Source: Candidatus Methylomirabilota bacterium (GTDB lineage Bacteria; Methylomirabilota; Methylomirabilia; Rokubacteriales; CSP1-6). Taken from it: a DNA stretch of 14,910 bases. Below, piece by piece: positions 9,101 through 14,910 of the stretch (position 1 is its first letter; each line of letters opens with the position of its first letter). The position numbers were made by a program, and so were the translations under genes. Under the pieces are notes generated by a model. It saw nothing but the letters and a program-made list of their open reading frames with translations. It did not search any database and was not told the origin of the DNA. The stretch spans positions 1-14,910 of the forward strand of contig JBKPAK010000297.1 of assembly GCA_046726415.1 (NCBI GenBank). The letters run 5' to 3'.

Positions 9101-9257
9101 GCATTACCTGGCTGAGCACCTGCCCGACGCCCAGTTGCACCTCTTCGAAGGCGTGGGACACCTTCCGATCTTCACGGCCACCGCCGAGTTCTGTGAGGTG
9201 CTCCGACGGTTTGTCAGAACCGGAGAGACCGGCGGCGGCCGGGTCGAAGGGCGTTAG
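6177..9257 (+). CDS. SARP/AfsR-like regulator: wHTH + BTAD + P-loop NTPase + short TPR + C-terminal alpha/beta hydrolase domain (1026 aa)
   Basis: LSLLGGF..KAQALLAYLA..RDKLAALLW..SLRQALYDLR (wHTH); LYRGDLLEGF..FEAWLMEERERLR..QEPVHRTLMRL..LGVEPEPET (BTAD); LVGRD, Walker A GEAGIGKS (from 7086), Walker B LLVLEDLHWAD, GNPF. Hydrolase fold from about 8433: MDARGTGRSD, GISKS, PTLVLHGTRD, GVGH. The ATG at 6177 is supported by the homologous stub at 9474. Confidence 0.93.
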   Translation: MTRLHLSLLGGFEARLEHGSPLTFRTQKAQALLAYLAVRAGQPHRRDKLAALLWGAMREEQARTSLRQALYDLRKNLGGAAEILRTEGETVSLDSAAVELDVTTFTRIAGEETPEALEQAALLYRGDLLEGFGVDEEPFEAWLMEERERLRDLAIDTLARALAHQRKTGAFAAALRTARQLLAIDHLQEPVHRTLMRLHVQAGQRAAALRQYQQCVAVLQRELGVEPEPETKQLYQDILRQRSIPGASTTGSAAGAPARRLARAALDHPLAETPLVGRDGPLAQLDAALRQAEAGHGQMVAILGEAGIGKSRLVEELIARAAQNNGRILLGRAYESDQILLFGPFVDALRVDELALDSTVVETLGPAWRAELSTLLPQLAPSSATRPPERVDYRRLFECIAQLLQQLSARAPLLLVLEDLHWADELSLRLLAFLGRRVPADRILIVLTAREEELAENPALRRTLQDLSQREQLRSVHLSALLQPETETLVGLLAPARKADTGIEPLGRQVWVATEGNPFMIVETMRGLQDGTAEALALPQRVREVIERRLDRLAAESQSLLSVAAAIGREFEFELLRRAAGFEEDAGAQGVEELVRRRLLTASGDRLDFTHHRIREVAYGELPPWRRRRLHSRIAETIEDLYVDRVPDFWEALAEHFERGERWAKATDYYLAAAERARRRYAYTTAERSCRQAATAAANAPDTAEQRTRALELQGDVASLRGDLEGANRNYQTAIDLEPSEPARDRLANKLHRPRLTCRDGAKLAFYEHGSGAETLLFMNPIVYGLEIFQPVLEHLCQEFRVITMDARGTGRSDPLGPGYATCDHAADVGAVIEAAGGPVTAIGISKSSSILVRLAIAAPSLVKKLVLIGTVLDFWPNTASPAASEVDGQFRAALRAGDIERAMRLFVATIVTDPETGELAEQLTRTLLRLPRDTILSTWAPDPDVDISPVLSQVKTPTLVLHGTRDQRVPLRTAHYLAEHLPDAQLHLFEGVGHLPIFTATAEFCEVLRRFVRTGETGGGRVEGR

Positions 9258-9259
9258 AC

Positions 9260-9451
9260 CTACCTTCCCGCGGCGAGGGGTCCTCGAAGAATGCGGCCTG
9301 GATGCGCTCCCGTGTGCTCTCCGTCGCGCAGCACCACCTGGCCGTTCACGATTGACGCGTCGAAGCCGACGGCCTTCTGGCGCAGGCGCCGGGCACCGGC
9401 CGGCAGGTCGTTCCCGACCTCGGGCATGTCGGGCGCCACGCGGTCGGGATC
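9260..9451 (-). pseudogene. 3'-end remnant of an N-acyl-D-amino-acid deacylase (D-aminoacylase-like amidohydrolase), copy 2
   Basis: DPDRVAPDMPEVGNDLPAGARRLRQKAVGFDASIVNGQVVLRDGEHTGAHPGRILRGPLAAGR-stop carries the family's DLPAGxxRL and VNG...GxxTGxxPGR C-terminal signatures. The rest of the gene is absent. Confidence 0.85.
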
Positions 9452-9452
9452 G

Positions 9453-9474
9453 GAGTGAGGTGGAGACGCGTCAT
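9453..9474 (-). pseudogene. Seven-codon 5' stub of a second BTAD-family regulator
   Basis: ATGACGCGTCTCCACCTCACTC (MTRLHLT) versus ATGACACGTTTGCACCTGAGTC (MTRLHLS) at 6177, 17/22 nt identical. It lies 59 bp from the shared promoter element, against 62 bp in copy A. Confidence 0.72.
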
Positions 9475-9533
9475 GCTGGCCTTCCGAGCGTGTGGCAGAC
9501 CATGGCACGGCGTGTGCCGGCGGTCATCGGCTT

Positions 9534-9577
9534 TGACGCGATTTTTGACGCCGGCTGGGACGGATCCGGAACGCCCG
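9534..9577 (+). promoter_or_regulatory. Direct-repeat operator candidate (copy B)
   Basis: TGACGCGATTTTTGACGCCGGCTGGGACGGATCCGGAACGCCCG matches copy A at 29/44 positions without gaps, with the same 12/12/11 ACG spacing. Confidence 0.7.
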
Positions 9578-9597
9578 TCCATCTACATGTATAAGTG

Positions 9598-9720
9598 AAC
9601 GCCGACTCGCGGGTGTGGGGCGGCATCCACTTCCGCAGCGCCTGCCAGGGAGGCCTGGCCCTGGGCGAAGACATCGGGCGGCACGCGGCCGCCCAGTATC
9701 TCCAGCCCTATCGGAAGTGA
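9598..9720 (+). pseudogene. 3'-end remnant of a vanadium-dependent haloperoxidase / PAP2 superfamily gene
   Basis: Not in the ORF track; my translation NADSRVWGGIHFRSACQGGLALGEDIGRHAAAQYLQPYRK-stop contains the SRxxxGxHF third active-site motif. An in-frame TAA lies at 9592-9594 just upstream. Confidence 0.82.
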
Positions 9721-9795
9721 GTGACGTCACGACTGAAGCGCGCGGCGCATCGCAGCCCGGTGACAGTACGGGCGCTATACTACTGAAGCCCTCCG

Positions 9796-10539
9796 ATGCC
9801 CCGCGCACCGCGATCCAAGCAGGCGATTCGCGAGCAAGTCTGGTCGCTCCTCACCGAGGGCGGCGTCGCCCGGTTCCCCGGGGCGATGGGGCGGATTCCC
9901 AATTTTATCGGCGCCGAGGCGGCCGCCAAGCGCCTCGCCGAATCGCCCGCCTGGCGCACCGCCCGGGTGGTGAAGTGCAATCCCGACGCCCCGCAGCTGC
10001 CGGTGAGAGTGCTTGCCCTCCGCGAGGGCAAGCGCCTCTTCATGGCCGTGCCGCGCCTGCGGGAGGAGCGCTGCTTCCTCGAGCTGGACCCGCGGCGACT
10101 CGCCGGCCGTGAGCGCGCGGCGGCGAGCATCGGCGGCGCCGCGCGCTTCGGCCGACCCACGCTCCCGAAAGACATGCCCAAGATCGATCTGATCGTGGCC
10201 GGCTCGGTCGCCGTCGATCGCGACGGCGCCCGGGTCGGCAAGGGCGGCGGCTTTTCCGATCTCGAGTTCGCGCTCCTGACCGAGTTAGGCCTGGTCGGCC
10301 GGTGGACCACAGTCGCGACCACGGTCCACCCGCTTCAGGTCGTCCGCGCACCCATTCCAATGCTCGCTCACGACATTCCACTCGATCTGATCGCAACCCC
10401 AGACAAATTGATCGCCTGCCCGCGCCGCCACAAGCGCCCGGCGGGCATTCTCTGGAGCGCCCTGCCCGAGGAAAAGATCGCCGAGATTCCCGTCCTCGCC
10501 CGGCTTGCGCGACGCGGCGCCCCTCAGGGCGCCACGTAG
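9796..10539 (+). CDS. 5-formyltetrahydrofolate cyclo-ligase family protein (MTHFSD/archaeal-like subgroup)
   Basis: GRIPNFIGAE, KCNPDAPQ, MAVPRL, IDLIVAGSVAV, RVGKGGGFSDLE, TTVHPLQ and HDIPLDLIATP. A TATACT -10-like hexamer sits at 9776-9781. Confidence 0.92.
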   Translation: MPRAPRSKQAIREQVWSLLTEGGVARFPGAMGRIPNFIGAEAAAKRLAESPAWRTARVVKCNPDAPQLPVRVLALREGKRLFMAVPRLREERCFLELDPRRLAGRERAAASIGGAARFGRPTLPKDMPKIDLIVAGSVAVDRDGARVGKGGGFSDLEFALLTELGLVGRWTTVATTVHPLQVVRAPIPMLAHDIPLDLIATPDKLIACPRRHKRPAGILWSALPEEKIAEIPVLARLARRGAPQGAT

Positions 10540-10937
10540 ACCATCCACGACGCGCCGAAGCGGTCGGCGACCATCCCGAAGCGCGGGGAAAAGAACGTCT
10601 TGGCCAACGGCATTTGCACCTGCCCGCCGTTGCCCAGGGCGCCGAACAGCCGTTCCGCATGGGCCTCGTCGCGCGCGGTGACCGCCAGTGAAAAGCCCTG
10701 GAAGGTCGGCTGCCCCGAGCATTGACCGTCGGAGGCCATCATCTCGGTGTCGCCGATGCGGAAACTCGCATGCATGACCTTATTCTCGGCACCGGGCGGG
10801 ACCATGCACTGCTCGTTGGGCTCGGGGTTGTCCTTGAACCGCATCAGCATCGTCACCTCGGCGTCGAGTGCGCTGCGGTAGAACTCGAGAGCCTCTTCGC
10901 AGCGACCGTCAAAGAACAGGTACGGTTGCACTTGCAT
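10524..10937 (-). CDS. VOC family protein, PhnB/YjdN-like
   Basis: VQPYLFFDGRCEEALEFY, KVMHASFRIG, MASDG and GGQVQMPLAKTFFSPRFGMVADRFGASWM. AGGAGG RBS. Converges on the preceding gene with a 16-bp overlap. Confidence 0.93.
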   Translation of the reverse strand: MQVQPYLFFDGRCEEALEFYRSALDAEVTMLMRFKDNPEPNEQCMVPPGAENKVMHASFRIGDTEMMASDGQCSGQPTFQGFSLAVTARDEAHAERLFGALGNGGQVQMPLAKTFFSPRFGMVADRFGASWMVYVAP

Positions 10938-10966
10938 GGCATTTCCTCCTGATTGGTGAGGGATCG

Positions 10967-11419
10967 CTATGGCTTCCGGTTTGCGGCAGAGCCGCCCTGC
11001 TTCTTCTTCGCCAGCTGCTTTTCGAGCTCGCGCTCGCGGTCGATGGCCGGGCTGGGAGGGAAGTCGTCCAGCTCAAATACTTGGCGGAGCTCGATCTCGC
11101 TCTCCTGCGCCTCGCCGTGGGGAGGGGGGATGCGCCTGGCCCACTCGATCGCCTCTTCCTTCGACTTCACCTGGATCAGCCAGTAGCCGGCGATCAGCTC
11201 CTTCGTCTCGGCAAAGGGACCCTCGGTCACGATGGTCTTCCCGCCTGAGAACTTGACGCGCGCGCCCTTCGAGCTCGGGTGGAGGCCCATGCCGTCAAGC
11301 AGCGCGCCAGCCTTGAAAAGCTCCTCGTTGTACTTCGTCATGGCGTCGATGAGCTTTTCGTCCGGCATGACGCCAGCTTCCGAGTCCTCAGTGGCCTTGA
11401 CGATCATCATGAATCGCAT
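10967..11419 (-). CDS. YciI family (DGPF-type) protein
   Basis: MRFMMIVKATEDSEAG...GLHPSSKGARV...TEGPFAETKELIAGYWLIQVKSKEEAIEWARR. Start set at ATG 11419 behind AAGGAG (150 aa), not the longer ORF-track start. Confidence 0.93.
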   Translation of the reverse strand: MRFMMIVKATEDSEAGVMPDEKLIDAMTKYNEELFKAGALLDGMGLHPSSKGARVKFSGGKTIVTEGPFAETKELIAGYWLIQVKSKEEAIEWARRIPPPHGEAQESEIELRQVFELDDFPPSPAIDRERELEKQLAKKKQGGSAANRKP

Positions 11420-11493
11420 CGCGGTCTCTCCTTGTCGTTTCAGTCCAGGGCCGGCCACCCGGATGGTCCGGTAGAGCCTCGGCCCGTTTGCTA

Positions 11494-11520
11494 GTCGATC
11501 GAGGGGTGGCGAGATCGACA
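11494..11520 (-). promoter_or_regulatory. ECF42-type sigma factor promoter upstream of the DGPF/YciI gene
   Basis: TGTCGA (11520-11515), 17-nt spacer, CGAC (11497-11494). This fits the ECF42 consensus (-35 TGTCGA, -10 CG(A/T)C), and DGPF proteins are the typical ECF42 targets. Confidence 0.75.
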
Positions 11521-12010
11521 CGTCGAGCGATCGTTTTTTCGCCTCGGTCGTCGATGGTCTAGGAGGCGGCGTTCCGGCAATCTCGATAGACATGCGGAGG
11601 ATGCGGGACGTCCCGGCGCGCTGGGCCGCTCCCAGCGGCGGCGAGTTCTCGCGCAATCTGAATCCGCTCAGAGCAGTCTGCCGTTCAGACGGGTTGCGTC
11701 CCTCTCACGCCCGTCCATCGGATGGCCACATGACGCGCTCCCACCAGCCCGGGTGAAGTGTGCGAACAGGTTTCGCGCATCCACCGCGGATGATCGTCCC
11801 CGTCCCGACGCCGTCCTTCAATTACTTGAGAGGTAGGAGTTCACGCGCCGCGAGAGCGCGAGCAGGGCGCGGTACGAGCCAGATGTACTTCGTAGTTGAA
11901 CTAGGCTCCCGACCGGCTATCCGGCCTGGGCTTCGGCGAGATCCGCGAACCGGCAGAGCGCGCGACCGCCGAGACATTCCGAGCGACTCGAATGCGGTGA
12001 CGGCCTGGCG

Positions 12011-12038
12011 TTGCCACAGGCGAACGTTTGGGTACAGT
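12011..12038 (+). promoter_or_regulatory. Sigma70-like promoter for the ATPase gene
   Basis: TTGCCA (12011-12016), 16-nt spacer, TACAGT (12033-12038). The predicted start site of about 12045 coincides with the beginning of the repeat array. Confidence 0.5.
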
Positions 12039-12041
12039 TTC

Positions 12042-12107
12042 GGCGACTCGCAGAATTACGACTCTCAAAACTGAGACTCGTATAACTGCGACTCGCATAG
12101 AAGCGAC
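12042..12107. repeat. 15-bp-period tandem array of four palindromic 11-mers plus a half unit
   Basis: GGCGACTCGCA (12042), TACGACTCTCA (12057), TGAGACTCGTA (12072), TGCGACTCGCA (12087), then AGCGAC abutting ATG 12108. Spacers are GAAT, AAAC, TAAC and TAGA. Confidence 0.9.
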
Positions 12108-13361
12108 ATGGTGAGGCTGGCCAATCCCTTCCCCGCGGGCACCATCGTCACCGGTCATGATTTTGCCGACCGGCAGGACGAGCTGACGCTGTTGCGCGAC
12201 GAGCTTCTGCAGGGGGGCCGGGTCTTCCTCCTCGCCTACCGGCGTTTCGGCAAGAGTTGCCTGATCCACGAGACCCTCCGCCAGCTCGAGGCCAACCACC
12301 ACGCGCTGACGGCATACGTGGATCTCTACCGGGCCAACTCGGAACGGGAGCTCTGGGAGCTGTTCACCAACGCCCTTCTGGCGGCGAGTCGCGCGCCGGT
12401 CAAGAGACTCATCGAATGGGTTGCGGATCTCGCGCGCGGCTTCCGGCCGCGATTCTCCATCGACCCCAAGACCCAGCAGCCGGTGGTGACCCTCGATGCG
12501 CCACGGACCCCGGCCGAGCTCGCGGACGTCCAGGAGTGGGCCCTGCAGCTGCCGCCCAAGCTGGTCAAGCAGGCGGCCCGGCCGCTCGTGATTGCCTTCG
12601 ACGAGTTCCAGGAGATCCGGGCCTTCGACGGCGCCCGCCTCGAAAAGACCCTCCGGGCCGCGTTCCAGAGCCACCGGGGCGTGGGCTACCTGTTCGCCGG
12701 CTCCAAGCCGCACCTCTTGCGGGAGATGGCGCAGGAGGGCAGTGCCTTCTATCGATTCGGACGGTTGATCGAGCTCGGGCCGGTCGCGGAAGAGCACTGG
12801 TTGCCCTACCTCACCTCGCGATTTCGTCGGGGTTCAGTCGAGATCACATCCGACGTCGTCCGAGCGATCGTTAGTCGCGCGGAGGGGATCCCCTACTATG
12901 TGATGCGGCTCTGCCGCGCGCTGTGGTCGCGCGGTCTGCACGCCGGGCGCCTGACCGAGGCAGACGTGCGCAACGCGTTCACCGATCTCGTCGCCGAGGG
13001 GGACCACCTTTTCGCGGAGGCGTGGGACGCGCTGACCCTGGCCCAGCGCCGCGCGCTCACCGCGGTCGAGGGCGACGCGGTGTTCTCCGAGCGGGTGCGC
13101 ATTGCGTACGAGCTCGGCCCGTCTTCGACCTTGGCTCGCAGCCTCGACCGGCTTCGAGAGCTGTCGTTCGTCGCGCGCGAGCGCACGCGAGACGGTGCGC
13201 CATTCCGGTACCGCATCGTCGACCCGGTCCTCCGTGCCTGGGTCCTTCGCGGCCGCCCCCCAGGGCCTGGTGGCGGGAGTCCGGAACGAGCTCCAACTCC
13301 ACCGCAACCGGCGGGACAGCGCGCGACGAGATCATCGGCAAGGGCACGCCGAAGACATTGA
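12108..13361 (+). CDS. Archaeal-type (STAND-like) P-loop ATPase with a predicted C-terminal winged helix
   Basis: NPF...FADRQDEL, Walker A variant AYRRFGKS, YVDL, Walker B LVIAFDEFQE, sensor LFAGS, GIPYYV, and a C-terminal SSTLARSLDRLRELSFV...YRIVDPVLRAWV typical of the wHTH in this family. Confidence 0.88.
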   Translation: MVRLANPFPAGTIVTGHDFADRQDELTLLRDELLQGGRVFLLAYRRFGKSCLIHETLRQLEANHHALTAYVDLYRANSERELWELFTNALLAASRAPVKRLIEWVADLARGFRPRFSIDPKTQQPVVTLDAPRTPAELADVQEWALQLPPKLVKQAARPLVIAFDEFQEIRAFDGARLEKTLRAAFQSHRGVGYLFAGSKPHLLREMAQEGSAFYRFGRLIELGPVAEEHWLPYLTSRFRRGSVEITSDVVRAIVSRAEGIPYYVMRLCRALWSRGLHAGRLTEADVRNAFTDLVAEGDHLFAEAWDALTLAQRRALTAVEGDAVFSERVRIAYELGPSSTLARSLDRLRELSFVARERTRDGAPFRYRIVDPVLRAWVLRGRPPGPGGGSPERAPTPPQPAGQRATRSSARARRRH

Positions 13362-13379
13362 AGGCGGCGTACGGGCGAG

Positions 13380-13388
13380 TGCTATAGT
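13380..13388 (+). promoter_or_regulatory. Extended -10 promoter element for the ABC operon
   Basis: TGcTATAGT ends 50 bp upstream of ATG 13439; an AAGGAG RBS lies downstream of it. Confidence 0.55.
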
Positions 13389-13438
13389 CGGGCACCGCCG
13401 CCCATGGCTGCATTTCCGACAGGGAAGGAGACTCATCG

Positions 13439-14653
13439 ATGCGCTCTCTCGCCCGCCCCCTCGCCGTCATCCTCATGCTCGTCCTCGCCGGAGGCGCCTG
13501 GCTCGTCGGCCCCGCCCCGGCCGCCGACGACGTCCGCATCGCGCTGATCGCCCCGCTGTCCGGCCGCTGGGCCCGGCAGGGCCAGCTCAAGAAGATGGGC
13601 GCCGATATGGCCATCGAGGAGATCAACAGCCAGGGCGGCATCAAGGCGCTCGGCGGCGCCAAGATCGCGCTGCGCGAGGGCGACGCCGGCGACAGCGTGG
13701 AGAAGGCGGTGAGCGCGGCCCAGCGCGTGCTCACCCGCGAGAAGATCAGCGCGGGCATCGGCTCCTGGCTCTCGTCGTTCACGCTCGGGGTGACCGAAGT
13801 GGCCGAGCGGCTCCAGGTCCCGTGGCTCTCGCTCTCCTACGCCGACAGCATCACCGAGCGCGGCTTCAAGTACACCTTCCAGACCTCGCCGGTCTCCTCG
13901 CTGCAGGCCGAGCAGGCGCTGGACCTCGTGACGGATCTCGCCAAGAAGAACAACAAGCCCATCAAGAAGGCCGCCATCGTCGGCGACAACACCGCCGCCA
14001 CCGTCTTCTTCTTCAAGCCGCTGCGCGAGAAGCTCCTGGCCGCCAAGGGCATCGAGCTCGTCGTCGATGAAGTCTGGACGCCGCCGCTGGCCGACGCCAC
14101 GGCGATCGTGCAGAAGCTGCGCGCGACCCAGCCCGACATCATGTTCTACGGCGGCACGAACTTCCCCGACTCGATCCAGGTGCTGCAGAAGGTCAAGGAG
14201 TTCGGGGTAAAGACGCCGATCCAGGGCGTGGGGGCGTGGCTGGTGACGCCTGAGTACGTCAAGGCGGTGGGCAAGGAGCTGCTCAACAACATCCAGTCGG
14301 TCGTGGCTTCCCATCCAATGAAAGGCCAGGACGCCCTCGTGAAGAAGTTCGTCCAGCGCACGGGCGAGCCCTTCATGACCCAGGATCCACTCTGCACCTA
14401 CAGCCACGTGTGGCTCATCAAGGAGGCCATCGAGCAGGCGAAGTCGGCCGATCCCAAGGCCATCCGCGAGACGCTGGCCAAGATCGACATCAGCGCGGGT
14501 CCGGCCACGGCCGCCTTCTATCCGCCGCGCGTGAAGTTCGACGAGCGCGGCCGACGAGTCGGCGCCGCTCCGCTCATCGTGCAGTGGCAGGGCGGCGAGC
14601 CGTATACGGTGGTCCCCGCCGCCGTGGCCACCCGGCCCATCGTCTGGCACTAG
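13439..14653 (+). CDS. Branched-chain amino acid-type ABC transporter substrate-binding protein (LivJ/LivK-like)
   Basis: Signal peptide ending APAAA/DD, IALIAPLSG, AIEEINSQGGIKALGGAKI, ITERGFKYTFQ and AIEQAKSADPKAIRETL. Confidence 0.93.
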   Translation: MRSLARPLAVILMLVLAGGAWLVGPAPAADDVRIALIAPLSGRWARQGQLKKMGADMAIEEINSQGGIKALGGAKIALREGDAGDSVEKAVSAAQRVLTREKISAGIGSWLSSFTLGVTEVAERLQVPWLSLSYADSITERGFKYTFQTSPVSSLQAEQALDLVTDLAKKNNKPIKKAAIVGDNTAATVFFFKPLREKLLAAKGIELVVDEVWTPPLADATAIVQKLRATQPDIMFYGGTNFPDSIQVLQKVKEFGVKTPIQGVGAWLVTPEYVKAVGKELLNNIQSVVASHPMKGQDALVKKFVQRTGEPFMTQDPLCTYSHVWLIKEAIEQAKSADPKAIRETLAKIDISAGPATAAFYPPRVKFDERGRRVGAAPLIVQWQGGEPYTVVPAAVATRPIVWH

Positions 14654-14674
14654 CAGTCGCCGCGCTCGCTCATC

Positions 14675-14910
14675 GTGGCTGAGCTCCTCCAGTACGTCGC
14701 CACCGGACTGCTGGTGGGGGGCGTCTACGCCCTCATGAGCATCGGGCTCGCGCTGATCTTCGGCGTCATGCGCGTGGTCAACTTCGCGCAGGGCGACTTC
14801 ATGATGCTCGGCATGTACCTCACGTACTTCTACGCCGTGTCGGGCAATGTCGATCCGCTCCTGGGCGCGCTCCTGACCATTCCCCCGTTCTTCGCGCTCG
14901 GCTGGCTCGT
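14675..14910 (+). CDS. Branched-chain amino acid ABC transporter permease, LivH-like (runs off the right edge)
   Basis: My translation from GTG 14675 is MAELLQYVATGLLVGGVYALMSIGLALIFGVMRVVNFAQGDFMMLGMY, containing the GLxLIFGVxxVVNFAxG signature. Confidence 0.92.
   Translation, partial: MAELLQYVATGLLVGGVYALMSIGLALIFGVMRVVNFAQGDFMMLGMYLTYFYAVSGNVDPLLGALLTIPPFFALGWL

Noticed and set aside
9721..9730. Palindrome GTGACGTCAC as an operator
   Set aside because: A single 10-bp palindrome with no second copy or supporting context.
11420..11656. ORF-track N-terminal extension of YciI
   Set aside because: It spans the promoter region; the strong RBS and family start are at 11419.
11707..11719. Exact 13-mer ACGCCCGTCCATC shared with 9571-9583 as a third operator copy
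   Set aside because: The upstream 12/12/11 ACG pattern is missing, and 13-bp matches are expected by chance in 15 kb of high-GC DNA.
12042..12107. CRISPR array
   Set aside because: The period is 15 bp with 4-bp spacers, far too short, and no cas genes are present.
13433..14650. Long antisense and alternate-frame ORFs (this one, 980-1903, 2259-3413, 4965-6146, 11901-12797 and others)
   Set aside because: Shadow ORFs of real genes caused by high GC content; no recognisable motifs.

Overview
High-GC bacterial DNA. The gene repertoire is reminiscent of soil lineages such as Candidatus Rokubacteria, but that is an unverified inference. Intact or edge-truncated genes, left to right: Gfo/Idh/MocA oxidoreductase (partial, -), luciferase-like monooxygenase (-), family VIII serine hydrolase (+), alpha/beta hydrolase (-) divergent from a 1026-aa wHTH-BTAD-NTPase-TPR regulator with a fused C-terminal alpha/beta-hydrolase domain (+), 5-formyl-THF cyclo-ligase-like protein (+), PhnB-like VOC protein and YciI/DGPF protein behind an ECF42-type promoter (-), an archaeal-type ATPase with a C-terminal wHTH preceded by a 15-bp-period array of palindromic boxes (+), and the start of a branched-chain amino acid ABC operon (+). 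Between about 1.7 and 9.7 kb the intergenic spaces are packed with gene remnants: an S74-type fibre protein, an IS110 transposase, a large serine recombinase, a 5'-truncated sterol desaturase, two synonymously diverged D-aminoacylase 3' ends, a 7-codon stub of a second BTAD regulator and a vanadium haloperoxidase 3' end. Most notable: (1) the hydrolase/regulator cassette is bracketed by directly oriented D-aminoacylase 3' ends, as expected for integration into a protein-coding gene; (2) a collapsed second regulator cassette next door keeps the same 44-bp promoter element with four ACG cores spaced 12/12/11 bp, exposing a candidate operator; (3) the palindromic 15-bp array fills the ATPase 5' leader.
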